A DNA stretch of 64,000 nucleotides from Macrostomum hystrix (lineage: Eukaryota > Animalia > Platyhelminthes), in NCBI GenBank assembly GCA_950097015.1, contig CATNEN010000008.1:3658001-3722000 (forward strand). The letters are read 5' to 3'. The notes under the pieces are model-generated. The model ran no database searches and was not told where the DNA came from. It was given only the letters and a program-made list of their open reading frames with translations. A program made the position numbers and the translations under genes. Position 1 is the first letter of the stretch. Each line of letters starts with the position of its first letter. Shown here piece after piece: positions 13,589-26,178 of the stretch.

Positions 13589-14629
13589 CCGCCATCAGAA
13601 CTGAAAATTGAAAAACACATTTCAGAAGGTGTGAATTCGATGTGATTCTTGAAGAATTGGTAGACTGTGGGGACCTGTGCAAACACGGGAGCAAAGCCTG
13701 GAGCAGATCCCAACCTGCTGAAACGGAGATTAAATTCCTCCGCGTGTTTGGTCAAATATTTTGCAAACTTTCTCTCTGACTGACTCAATTCTTCATCTCG
13801 CTCCGTTCTCACCTATACGCGCATTCCAAGTGAGGCATTTAGGCGAAAAAAACTTTTCTTGATTCAAAAACACTTAGTTTTCTTAAATTTTGTAACTTTC
13901 GCTTCGCTTTCGTGATGAATATTAATCGCAGTTAATCATTGCGAGTTGCTGGTTAATTTTTTAAAATTAATTCTTAAATCCCAATTTTAGAAATTTAAAC
14001 TTTTAATAATTTAATTGCCACTTTAGAACTCTGATTGAAATTCCACCATCTCCCTAGATCCCATCTCCCTAGATCCCATCTCCCAAAATCCCATCTCCCT
14101 AGATCCCATCTCGCAAGATTCCATCTACCAAAATCCCATATCCCTAGATCCCATCTCCCAAGATACCATCTACCAAAATCCCATATCCCTAGATCCCATC
14201 TCGCAAGATCCCATCTACCAAAATCCCATATCCCTAGATCCCATCTCCCAAGATCCCATCTCCCTAGATCTCATCTCCCAAACTCCCATCGCCCTAAATC
14301 CTATCTACCAAGATCCCATCCACCAAGATCTCATCTCCTTAGATCCCATCTCCCTAGATCCCATCTCCCAAGATCCCATCTCCCTGGATCCCATCTGCCT
14401 GGATGCCACTGGCGCTCACCCCAGAGCCTCCCGCTCCTCCAGCTGGCGGTGCCGGCCCATGTTCAGGCCCACCGGCAGACCTAGCGAGGAGGCCGCAGGC
14501 CCGGCGGACGAGGCAGGGGCGAACAGGCAGGCGAGGGCGCCAGCCAGGTGGCTCGCAGCGGCCGCAGCAGCCGCCGAGTTTTCCTGACGATGCGAGCTGG
14601 TCGGAGGCTGCGGCGGCGGCGGGGGCGGC

Positions 14630-14664
<35 letters not shown>

Positions 14665-17600
14665 GTGCTGCGGCGGTCCGTGGTGATGATGATGAGCGGC
14701 GAATGGGGAGAACAAAGCAGGGAACATGCCCAGGTGCGGCGGGTAGGGGGGATAATATCCCCCAGGACCTGCGGCACCGAATCCCACAGGCGGAGGCGGA
14801 TGCGGAAACAGCTTCTTGTCCAGAGCAGTCACTGTGGGTGGGTTGGGATATGTGGTGTTAAAGCTTTTTGAAGAGCTACAAATGGAGAATTTCAAGAGAG
14901 TTGGGATTTCATGCATTATAATTGGGATTTCAAGCTATTCGATTGGGACTTCAAGCTATTCGATTGGGATTTTAGGACATTCCATTGGGATTTCAAGCTA
15001 TTCGATTGGGATTTCAAGACATTCGATTGGGATTTCAAGCTATTCAATTGGGATTTCAAGACATTCGATTGGGATTTCAAGCTATTCGATTGGGATTTCA
15101 AGCTATTCCATTGGGATTTCAAGCTATTCGATTGGGATTTCAAGACATTCGATTGGGATTTCAAGCTATTCAATTGGGATTTCAAGACATTCGATTGGGA
15201 TTTCAAGCTATTCGATTGGGATTTCAAGCTATTCGATTGGGATTTCAAGCTTTTCAATTGGGATTTCAAGCTATTCAATTGGGATTTCAAGCTATTCGAT
15301 TGGGATTTCAAGACATTAGATTGGGATTTTGAGACATTCGATTGGGATTTCAAGCTATTCAAATTGCGATTTCAAGCTATTCGATTGGGATTTCAAGCTT
15401 TTCAATTGGGATTTCAAGCTATTCAATTGGGATTTCAAGCTTTTCAATTGGGATTTCAAGCTATTCCATTGGGATTTCAAGCTATTCCATTGGGATTTCA
15501 AGCTATTCCATTGGGATTTCAAGCTATTCAATTGGGATTTCAAGCTATTCAACTGGGATTTCAAGCTATTCGATTGGGATTTCAAGACATTCGATTGGGA
15601 TTTCAAGACATTCGATTGGGATTTCAAGCTATTCAATTGGGATTTCAAGATTTTTAATTGGGATTTCAAGCTATTCAACTAGGGTTTCAAGCTTTTCAAT
15701 TGGGATTTCAAGCTATTCAACTGGGATTTCAAGCTATTCAATTGGGATTTTAAGCTATTCAATTGGGATTTCAAGCTATTCAATTGGGATTTCAAGCTAT
15801 TCAATTGGGATTTCAAGCTTTTCAATTGGGATTTCAAGCTATTCAACTGGGATTTCAAGCTATTCAATTGGGATTTCAAGACATTCAATTGGGATTTCAA
15901 GCTTTTCAATTGGGATTTCAAGCTATTCAACTGGGATTTCAAGACATTCGATTGGAATTTCAAGCTATTCGATTGGGATTTCAAGCTTTTCAATTGGGAT
16001 TTCAAGCTATTCAATTGGGATTTCAAGCTATTCAATTGGGATTTTAAGCTATTCTACTGGGATTTCAAGCTATTCGATTGGGATTTCAAGCTATTCGATT
16101 GGGATTTCAAGCTATTCGATTAGGATTTCAAGCTATTCGATTGGGATTTCAAGCTATTCGATTGGGATTTCAAGCTATTCAATTGGGATTTCAAGCTTTT
16201 CAATTGGGATTTCAAGCTTTTCAATTGGGATTTCAAGCTTTTCAATTGGGATTTCAAGATTTTTAATTGGGATTTCAAGCTATTCAACTGGGATTTCAAG
16301 CTTTTCAATTGGGATTTCAAGCTATTCAACTGGGATTTCATGCTTTTCAATTGGGATTTCAAGCTATTCAATTGGGATTTCAAGACATTCGATTGGGATT
16401 TCAAGCTATTCGATTAGGATTTCAAGCTATTCGATTGGGATTTCAAGCTATTCGATTGGGATTTCAAGCTATTCGATTGGGATTTCAAGCTATTCGATTG
16501 GGATTTCAAGACATTAGATTGGGATTTTGAGACATTCGATTGGGATTTCAAGCTATTCAAATTGCGATTTCAAGCTATTCGATTGGGATTTCAAGACATT
16601 CGATTGGGATTTCAAGCTATTCGATTGGGATTTCAAGCTTTCGATAGGGATTTCAAGACATTAGATTGGGATTTTGAGACATTCGATTGGGATTTCAAGC
16701 TATTCAAATTGCGATTTTAAGCTATTCGATTTGGATTTCAAGACATTCGATTGGGATTTCAAGCTATTCGATTGGGATTTCAAGCTATTCGATTGGGATT
16801 TCAAGACATTAGATTGGGATTTTGAGACATTCGATTGGGATTTCAAGCTATTCAAATTGCGATTTCAAGCTATTCGATTGGGATTTCAAGACATTCGATT
16901 GGGATTTCAAGCTATTCGATTGGGATTTCAAGCTATTCGATTGGGATTTCAAGCTATTCAACTGGGATTTCAAGCTAGTCAATTGAGAATTATATTGAGA
17001 ATTTAGAGACATATTTTTGGAAGGCAAGGACCCTTTTCTCCCTGATCTTTTCGGGAATAATAAAGTTAACAGATTGTGGATTATGGAGACTACTTGGTTG
17101 GCGTTCCTGTTTAAATGTTTTATGTTTTTTTCTGCATTTTCCGCATTTTTAGCTTGTCTGGCATGGCAACAAAGTTTTCGCTGGTAAACGGCCAACAGCC
17201 GAGACTGGGTCGATTGGGTACCGCTTAGCGGACAAAAGTCTAATGAGAAAAAATAAAAGAAATTGTCTTTTAGCTTTGCTGCTTCTCTATCTCTGCTTCA
17301 GGTGCCCAATTAGCTAAAAGCATTGAGCTGTCATTCAGGTGGCTTTGGTGAGTACTAGCCAATGGTTTCTAATTGTGAAACAGTTTAGAGTTCTTCACTT
17401 CTTTAAACTATTTCTAAAAAAAAATGCAGCAGAATTTTGCCTTGAATGCCAGTCAGGAGAGGCCTTCACAAATTCACATCAAATTCCTCAGCAGCAGCAG
17501 CAGAAAATTAAGAAGCAAAGAAAGTTATTTGTGTTTTTCTCTGTTTCTCAAGGTGGCATTTTCAATGCAGCAAAAACTTCAGACTAAGCCGGACTTGAGC

Positions 17601-17832
17601 CGGACAGGCAGCTGAACGATTTGGCAAGTTAAAACACACTCGGTGGTTGGGGGACTGGCCTCATTAACTTGCCGTTTTAAATTCACGCAAGCAGCCACAT
17701 AGTGAGAGAAGAGAAAGTGGAAAAATTAAGAGAAGCTGAATAGAAAAAGCAGGACAAAGAAATAAGAAAAGGTTTTTGTGTGTGTGTGTGCGCGCGCGTT
17801 CTTGAAAAACCCAAGACTCATTGCTCAGAAAT

Positions 17833-17864
<32 letters not shown>

Positions 17865-20800
17865 TTGAACAATCTCACCGACCAGTCATTCCCATCGAAT
17901 CCCTGGAATTGATCGTCGCTCTCCAAATACTCAAACCTTTCTCTCCTGGCCAGCTTCACTAGAAATCTAATATATACATATACGCACATTTATAATTGAA
18001 AGGCCCCCATGGGCCGGCACTGGGGCATAAGCGAGCCTTGGCTCTGAATTTCAAATTTCATATTTACATTTGACATGCCAATCGATCCGATTTACGTCAT
18101 TTCTAACCATTCCTCAAACTCTGGAAAAAAATATGCCAGAGCTAAGCAACTCAGTGGGAAAAATGTCATCGATTGTCCAGAAAAAAAATATTTTCCTCCT
18201 GCTGGAATGCAAAAACTAACTTACTCGCGGAACTCGGTGGAAACTTCATAGCCACTGCGGCGGCAGCGGCTGCGGCCGCGGCGGCGGCAGCCGGATTGTC
18301 GAAGCGGCTTCGTTTGAGTGCCTCGCCGCTTCCGCCGCCAACGCCGCCTCCGCCACCTCCGCCGCCGCCAAGTAGCGGTTGAAAATCCGGCGACATGGTC
18401 ATTGAACGCTTTGGCGGGCGGCCCGGTCGCGCGCTGTAAATGTGTCAGATGGGGGGGTTGGCGGCTGTTCTAAAAATATAATCAATTTAACAAAGTGGGA
18501 ATTCACTTTATGTTCTAAAAATAGCATGACTCTGGATATATAGCCGCTAGCCAATCAGAGTTAAAGGTGGGGTAGAGAGTGGAGGACAAGTATATTTTTC
18601 CAAGCCCACTCACCAATCTGCCAATAAGATGTAGATTTCTACGTGAGAAATCGCCTTAAATATGTCACAATTGGTTCTTTGCAAAAAATGATTTGCACTT
18701 GGCGAGCAAACAGAGCCGGAGCAGTTCCGATTAGTTGAGCTCTATTGAGTACACATTTAATACTAAGAAATCTCGCATGCATACTTCTCATCTTTCACCG
18801 GCTAGTGCAGATCTGGCAAATCAGACGATTTGTCAGAGAAAATGAGCACAAACACAGCGGAAATCTATATGCTACTCACAAAAGGCACAACTAACACCGG
18901 AGTACGGTTCCAGCTCCACAACTTCCAAATCTGTCCCTTCATCTTCTTGAGCATTTTTTGTTCCCAATCCCCAAGCAGGTGTAGAATTCTCAGGCATCCG
19001 AGTCCAATAGCCGACTGGGTCACGTTCAGACAATAAATACTAACTCGAACCAGAAGTCAGTCGGCATCAATTCGTATTTGTTTTTTTATTGTTCTCATTT
19101 CCATAAGCATCCAGCAGCCTGCAGATTAGCAAGATAATCATTGAGATAATTCCTTTCTTTGCTGAAATGATTTTGTATCGATTACATTTGAGCTTATTGT
19201 GTCACACGGGCGCCCGTATTTCAAATATATACTGACAAGAGCTATTAGCTATGATCGGTTTGCATGTAACAAGATTCTCAAGATTTTCATCAGCAACGTG
19301 ATTCATATTCAGTTCCATCCACCAGGAGTTTTTGTTCAACTTTAATGCTAAGTTTGTTATAGTGGGGACTATAACACCGGAAGAAGCCTATTGCAGACAA
19401 AGCCATTGAGGATTTTGAGGAATAAAAAGATTTTATGAGAACGGAAACTTGATTTGAATCAAGCATGCAAAGACTTCTTCCTTCAAAGTGTTGTTGAAGA
19501 AAAACAATTCAAGAAACAAAGATTTACAAGAGGCTCTTGACACGCGAAACCTAATATCCCAAATGGCAGCTGGATAATTGCTGAATTAACTGCCTCGCGA
19601 GTTACAAATTCAGAAATATAAAGCAAACAGACTTGTTTTATCACAATCGACAGCAATGCTTTGACCAGATGAGCAGATTTAAATTTTACCTGTCTGCTCA
19701 GATTTCATGCCTATAGTTTTCTTTCCAATTCATCTTTAAAGACTTGGACCAAGTCTTCCCCGCGCTATTGCAGTCCTGTTCGTGTCCAAATATTGATAAC
19801 AAATTATGTTTCCATTATGACTCGTTGATCGTTGTGCAAATATTCATCCACAGAGAGGACCCATATCGACAAGCAGGGCACTCTCACTCGTGTATAACTG
19901 TAATTCAACAAGCTCATTTCTGTTCAGTTTTTTTGGTTGTTTTAAGCAAACATTTCAAACGGTCCATGCGAACTGGCCCAACAGCTGGCAGACGTTCCTT
20001 CATAATTCGTACAATTGTTCCGCTGTGCTCAAAGTGAAGTTGCATAGATGGCAATGGTTGCGCCTCATCAAATGTTTGTTCTTATTTGTATGCTCGCTAT
20101 TTAATGGGGCCGAGTAGTCCACTATGTGTGTGGTTTCGGCTTTGAAAGGATAAGTGAAATTAGAAAATGCTTAACCTATTCGTTTGTTTTCCCACTTGCT
20201 AAACTAATCTTGTCTTCTCGGCCCTTTCATCGCTTGTCGACACTTGACAGTGAGTTAGACGGGTGGAGTAGAGGGGTAGAATGTGTAGTAGAGGGGTAGA
20301 ATGTGTAGTAGAGGGGTAGAGTATGGAGTAGAGGGGTAGAATATGGAGTAGAGGGGTAGAAAGTAGGATTTAGAGGTTTAAAAATCGGAATACGGGGTAG
20401 AAAGGGAAGAATAGAACAGGGGTAGAAACTGGGATGGAGAGTAAAAAAATGTGTGAGCTGAGCAGTGAAGTGTAGATTGAGATCAAAGCAACAAACGATT
20501 TAGCTACATCAAACAGGCCGCCAACTGCTGCCCTGCTTTACTTTCGCGAAGAAAATGTGGAATATTAGCAATCAGTTTGCAATGGAGGCAGCGAGAGAAT
20601 TCAGGAAATAAGTGGGATTACAAAAATTTCCCACTTTTGACAATTTTTCTATACATTTCGTGTTGCGGCAGAGGCGGGGAAATATTTTTGAGTTCGTCTC
20701 TTCAACGGCCGCGAAGATGGGAGAAAGAAGTAGCGATGCAAGTCGGCCGCTTCCCTTTGAATCCGCAGCGGGATTAGCATGGCAACAGTTGATTGAATTT

Positions 20801-23223
20801 TTTTCTTTAACGACGAGTTGCAGGGGCAAAAAAACGGCTCAGGTAATTATCATTAGCACTTCATTTCCTTATCATGGGATTGTAGCAGTGTCAGAAGGCA
20901 CGCTCCCGCTTTTTCTACATGGGCGATATTTGGGATCTATGAATAGGACGGCTGTCATTTTGGGATCTCGGATGGTTAGGAATGTCAATTTGGGATATTA
21001 GACAGTTAGGGATGTCAATTTGGGATAATAGATAGTAAAGAATGTCAATTTAGGATTTCAGATAGATAGGGATGTCAATTTGGGATTTCAGATAGTTAGG
21101 GATGTCAATTCGGGATTTCAGATAGTTAGAGATATCATTTTGGGATTTCAGATAGTTAGGGATGTCAATTTGGGATTTCAGATAGTTAGGGATGTCAATT
21201 TGGGATCTAAAATTGTCAGGGATGTTATTTTTAGTTGCAATCGATTAATTTTGCAAGGATGCCAAGATGTTCCCATCTCAAAATGTTATTCGCCCAAGCA
21301 GTTCTCAAGCGCCAATGACACTGAACAAGAGAAAAAACCAATCATTAGAGACTAGTTGGAATATATCCGCTTTTAATCCACAGTGGATCATTGCTGAATA
21401 ATCCACAACCCGAACAGTGTCAATAGTTTTTTGTCTCATCAACAGCGATGACCGGAATTCATCAGTCAAAGGATTAGCTGAGTCCAAGATTGAAAAACAT
21501 CCCCCAAAAACGCAGATCCCGTCACTTTAACAAAAGATTTTTCAATCAATGTTTTTTTCACGGTCTTTTAAGCCGCGATCAAAGAAGATGCTGGGACCTC
21601 AGAGTTCTCCAGATCCCAACACTTTGATAATATTGGAGTATGAAAAAAATCTCCCAAATCTTGTTCCTTATTCTCCCGCGGCTAACCCTGTGGGAGTTTT
21701 GTGAAAGATGGGAAAGATTTAGCCACGCTTCACGCTTGGCCAAGTTGGGCGTGTGTCTTCGATTAAAAATCCCCACTTTTCACAGACAATTTTCCCGTGC
21801 ATGTGAGGGGATAATGGATTGGCTAGTTGACAGATGAGTTAGGGAAAATTTGAGTTTATAGCAGACCAAACCGATTGTGCATCTCAGATTCATCTAAGCG
21901 TTCAACCACATAGATGTTTTGTTTATCAGATGTCAAGTATAAACACACACCTGGCATAATTTCAGAAATACGAGTAAGAACAACACCAGATTTTGAAACA
22001 AATTACCGATTCAATAATTTTTCAGTTATATTCACTTTCATTTTCCGACAAATTCTAAATACTCCATTTTTCATGATTCCCAAACTAAAAAATACCAAAA
22101 CTTCATAATCCCAGGACAAAAAAATCTGAAACTTTACAATCCCGAAACTTTATAATCCCCCTAAAAAACTCCCAAAACTTTGTAATCCCAAAACTGAAAA
22201 CCACGAAACTTAATAATCCCCAAAAAGATCCGGAAACTTCATAATCCCCAGAAAAAATCCCACAACTTCACAATCCCGACACTTTATAACTCCCAAAAGT
22301 TTATAATCCCAAAACTTCAAAATCCTAAGTTTTGAAAGGATAAGTGAGGAGAGGAGAGGAGAGGAGAGGAGAGGAGAGGAGAGGAGAGGAGAGGAGAGGA
22401 GAGGAGAGGAGAGGAGAGGAGAGGAGAGGAGAGGAGAGGAGAGGAGAGGAGAGGAGAGGAGAGGAGAGGAGAGGAGAGGCGAGGAGAGGAGAGGAGAGGA
22501 GAGGAGAGGAGAGGAGAGGAGAGTCTCCTCACCAGACTAAAAATCTCAAAACTTCATAATCCCAAGACAAAAAATCCCAAAACTTTATAACTCCCAAAAG
22601 TTTATAATCCCAAATCCCAAGACAAAAATTCCCAAAGCTTCACAATCCCTAAACGGTGAGACATTTAGTCGCTATAATAAATCTCACCTGGAATTCGTGC
22701 AGTCCTCGTACAGCACGTCAAACTCGTCAGGTGCGATAAGCTTGCACCGATTCACGCCAGGTTGAATAGCTCCCAGACCTCGCAGAATCCGCACCTGCTC
22801 AACATTGCACACCACTGGACAGATCTCCAATCGTTTGAGTTTAGTATAGACCGTGTGCAGTCCGCCAACCAGGTGCTTGAGAAACAGCTCGAACGCCTGC
22901 GGCAGGCAGATGAGGTCGCGGGACTCCACACAGAAGGCGGCAATTTTGGCGCCGCGATAATCCAACAGTTTGACTTGATTGTTCTCAGGTATGTTGGGCA
23001 CAGGCACGGAGGTGTTGTAAGTTGGCTTCAGCGATGGCTGATGGTGCACGCTAGACGGCGAAGCGGTCAAAATACTCGGCGAGTCCATTTCTTGGGGCGC
23101 ACAGTTCGACTGGGAATAAGTTCGAAAGTGATTGAAATCTTGGCAGTGAAGTTCCGGGGAAAATCTTGGGAGGGGATTTTTATGCCAGGCCCGCAGCGGC
23201 GACACCCCCAAACTCCCCGACAT
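6458..23223 (-). CDS. dach: Dachshund family transcriptional regulator (Ski/Sno/Dac). Coding exons: 22688-23223, 18225-18433, 14420-14831, 13512-13600, 11735-11824, 9077-9376, 6682-6765, 6458-6580; final exon(s) below 6458 unresolved; at least 614 aa
   Basis: Exon 1 encodes DD1 (YRGAKIAAF...[60 protein letters not shown]). Splicing restores the conserved S(A)RPGRPPKR. Exons 6-8 give DD2 and coil ([17 protein letters not shown]...[24 protein letters not shown]). All introns are GT-AG with compatible phases (2,1,2,1,1,1,1,1). The low-complexity exons 3-5 are less certain than 1, 2 and 6-8. Confidence 0.9.
6800..7350. repeat. 17-bp minisatellite CATTCACAAATATCTCC at the acceptor end of dach intron 6
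   Basis: 17-bp periodicity. Confidence 0.95.
8866..9066. repeat. Second block of the same 17-bp minisatellite at the donor end of dach intron 6
   Basis: Same unit and orientation as 6800-7350. Confidence 0.95.
9415..9905. repeat. 24-bp minisatellite ACTGATCCTGGT(T/A)CGATTCCAGCT, 20 units, containing a tRNA T-arm/B-box motif
   Basis: 24-bp periodicity; GGTTCGATTCC present in 6 units. Confidence 0.95.
10870..11650. repeat. 17-bp minisatellite TAAGAATTTGGGATTTC (homogeneous core about 11040-11460, decayed flanks)
   Basis: Direct inspection. Confidence 0.9.
12290..13380. repeat. 16-bp minisatellite ATCTCTCCCATCTCTT with internal block duplications
   Basis: Direct inspection; lies in dach intron 4. 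Confidence 0.95.
14040..14400. repeat. 15-bp minisatellite CCATCTCCCTAGATC
   Basis: Direct inspection; ends about 19 nt from the dach exon 3 donor. Confidence 0.92.
14895..16980. repeat. 21-bp minisatellite GGGATTTCAAGCTATTCGATT, about 100 copies
   Basis: 21-bp periodicity; lies in dach intron 2. Confidence 0.97.
20265..20400. repeat. Short 20-bp tandem repeat (GTAGTAGAGGGGTAGAATGT-like), about 5 copies
   Basis: Direct inspection. Confidence 0.8.
20975..21215. repeat. 30-bp minisatellite GATAGTTAGGGATGTCAATTTGGGATTTCA, about 7-8 copies
   Basis: 30-bp periodicity. Confidence 0.9.
22100..22650. repeat. Degenerate AAACTT(C/T)ATAATCCC repeat interrupted by a (GAGGA)n microsatellite at about 22345-22522
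   Basis: Direct inspection; ends about 40 nt from the dach exon 1 donor. Confidence 0.85.
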
Positions 23224-23379
23224 GGCCAGTGGGAAGAGAAGAATGGGAAGACAGAAAGAGAAGTAAGACAGAGAGACAGAGAGTCGGAATCACACATCTG
23301 TCTGTCTGTCTCTGAGTTTCTCTCTCTGCCTGGGTTGGGCAAAAGCCAACGGGGAACAAGATGTGTTGGGCCCCGGCTG

Positions 23380-23465
23380 TGCTCTCATTGGCCAGAGAAA
23401 ATCTGGAGCGGGGTAAGAGCAGGCGGAGGGTGGGGTGGGGCGGCTGCGGATTCTGTTATTGGACG
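23380..23465 (-). promoter_or_regulatory. Candidate dachshund proximal promoter: two CCAAT boxes flanking a GC box
   Basis: ATTGG at 23387 and 23458, GGGGCGG at 23437, 160-240 bp upstream of the ATG; motif match only. Confidence 0.35.
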
Positions 23466-23574
23466 TGGTATTCAATTTCAGCATTTCAGAATTTCAGCAA
23501 TTTAACCGACTTGAAACTAAGGCCGGTTATTGACCCAAAGTTCAAAAAAAGCTGGGGAAAATTTTACAAAACTC

Positions 23575-24240
23575 TCCCTTGTCACCAGCTCTCATCCCAC
23601 TCTCTCCCCTGTCTCACCAGCTCTCATCCCACTCTCTCCCCTGTCTCACCAGCTCTCATCCCACTCTCTCCCCTGTCTCACCAGCTCTCATCTCACTCTC
23701 TCCCCTGTCTCACCAGCTCTCATCCCACTCTCTCCCCTGTCTCACCAGCTCTCATCCCACTCTCTCCCCTGTCTCACCAGCTCTCATCTCACTCTCTCCC
23801 CTGTCTCACCAGCTCTCATCTCACTCTCTCCCCTGTCTCACCAGCTCTCATCTCACTCTCCCCTGTCTCACCAGCTCTTATCTCACTCTCTCCCTTCTCT
23901 CACCAGCTCTCATCCCACTCACTCCCTTCTCTCACTAGCTCTCATCTCACTCACTCCCCTGTCTCACCAGCTCTCATCTCACTCTCCCCTGTCTCACCAG
24001 CTCTTATCTCACTCTCTCCCTTCTCTCACCAGCTCTCATCCCACTCACTCCCTTCTCTCACCAGCTCTCATCTCACTCACTCCCCTGTCTCACCAGCTCT
24101 CATCTCACTCTATCCCTTCTCTCACCAGCTCTCATCTCACTCTCTCCCCTGTCTCACCAGCTCTCATCTCACTCTCACCCTGTCTCATCAGCTCTTATCT
24201 CTCTGTATCCCTTATCTCACAATCAGCAATCTCTCACCCC
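23575..24240. repeat. 30-32 bp minisatellite ACTCTCTCCCCTGTCTCACCAGCTCTCATCCC
   Basis: Direct inspection. Confidence 0.93.
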
Positions 24241-24259
24241 ACTCTCTCACATGTCTTTC

Positions 24260-24895
24260 ATCTCACAATATCTCATATTACAATCTCTCATCTCAAAATC
24301 TCTCATCTCACAATCTCTCATCTCACAATCTCTCATCTCATAATTTCTCATCTCATAATTTCTCATCTCACAATCTCTCATCTCACAATCTCTCATCTCA
24401 CAATCTCTCATCTCACAATCTCTCATCTCACAATCTCTCATCTCACAATCTCTCATCTCACAATCTCTCATCTCACCATCTCTCATCTCACAATCTCTCA
24501 TCTCACAATCTCTCATCTCACAATCTCTCATCTCACAATCTCTCATCTCACAATCTCTCATCTCACAATCTCTCATCTCATAATTTCTCATGTCATAATC
24601 TCTCATCTCACAATCTCTCATCTCACAATCTCTCATCTCACAATCTCTCATCTCACAATCTCTCATCTCACAATCTCTCATCTCATAATCTCTCATCTCA
24701 CAATCTCTCATCTCACCATCTCTCATCTCACAATCTCTCATCTCATAATTTCTCACCCCACAATCACTCATCTCACAATCTCTCATCTCATAATTTCTCA
24801 CCCCACAATCTCTCATCTCACAATCTCTTATCTCACAATCTCTCATCTCACAATCTATCACCCCATAATCTCTCACCACACAATCTCTCATCTCT
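24260..24895. repeat. 15-bp minisatellite TCTCATCTCACAATC
   Basis: 15-bp periodicity; abuts the previous array. Confidence 0.95.
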
Positions 24896-25874
24896 TAGAA
24901 TTGAGAAACTTTAGAAAATGAATCGTTTAAACAAAACAGAAAACCAATAAATGTAGCCTAAATTCCCACGCCAATTTTTAACAAAGTTAATTTAATTAAT
25001 AGAATTTACGGACGCAGTTGCTAAAGTTCTCACGAAAATCGGTTAATTTTCGAGTCCAGATGAGAATTAAAAAAAACAAATGGTTCGCCCGAAAGAATTG
25101 AAATTAACAATTGTAGACAAAATGTTCTTTCAGGCCAACTATGGCTACATTTACTCCAGAAAAAGTCAAATTCATCAATTTAAAAACTGAGAATAGTAAT
25201 TTTCTAAGAAACAAAACCGATTTTTTATCTCCATTCATGAGTTTCTGTTCATGATTTAATTAATTGTGCCAATAAGAATGAGAAGCTATGAGGATTGAAC
25301 TGCTTTATGCGCATCCATTTAGCATCCATGCGAAAGCTGGCAATGCGGATTTCATGGAAAGCTAATAGAAGTATGTTTGCAAAAAAACGAAAAAGAAGCA
25401 AAACAGCATTTTGGATACAATTTACAAGTGACTCAAATTTGCATTTCAATCAGTTTCAGGTACCAATTTTTGTTATAAAGACTCAATTCGTTCCGTTGCT
25501 CGACCGAGCAGGAAAAAAACTAGGAAAGCAGAAATTCACTTTGAGCTGCCATCGCTAGCGTCCAGCATTATGAATTAATAATAAATTTTTGTTTGAAACT
25601 GCGCATATTATTTAACTAGAACAAAACATTTTCGAACTGAAGTCATCTGATTTAGTAATTACCAGCAACTTTTATTCAAAAATATTAAAATGTTGCTCAA
25701 ATTATTTCAAACGCACTCTCGGTCTCACCTTTGCGCACAATTCGTTGTCGAATTTAATCAAAAAAATACTTTCGATGTAAATTTGATGTTGCTATAAAGA
25801 GTGTTTTTCGGGAAACAGATTCCAGTTAAACACAGTTAGGTCGTGTACGTTGTGTGTTGACTGGAAAACTCGTC

Positions 25875-26178
25875 TTCTCTCCTCTCCTCTCCTCTCCTCT
25901 CCTCTCCTCTCCTCTCCTCTCCTCTCCTCTCCTCTCCTCTCCTCTCCTCTCCTCTCCTCTCCTCTCCTCTCCTCTCCTCTTCTCTGCTCTCCTCTCCTCT
26001 CCTCTCCTCTCCTCTCCTCTCCTCTCCTCTCCTCTCCTCTCCTCTCCTCTCCTCTCCTCTCCTCTCCTCTCCTCTCCTCTCCTCTCCTCTCCTCTCCTCT
26101 CCTCTCCTCTCCTCTCCTCTCCTCTCCTCTCCTCTCCTCTCCTCTCCTCTCCTCTCCTCTCCTCTCCTCTCCTCTCCT
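25875..26178. repeat. (CTCCT)n microsatellite, about 60 units
   Basis: Near-perfect pentamer run. Confidence 0.97.

Noticed and set aside
13429-13812. Whole 127-aa ORF as a dachshund exon
   Set aside because: Only 13512-13600 is phase-compatible with the flanking exons; the rest is treated as intron
12233-17006. [25 protein letters not shown] and ISSYSIG ORFs
   Set aside because: Translations of the 16- and 21-bp intronic arrays inside dachshund
19000-20200. Degenerate transposase or hidden exon in dach intron 1, and a TGAGCAGA...TCTGCTCA hairpin near 19670-19700
   Set aside because: No recognisable motifs in the frames read; an 8-bp stem is expected by chance
22762-24921. Plus-strand ORFs of 247, 517 and 463 aa
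   Set aside because: Antisense to dach exon 1 or running through satellites; no domain
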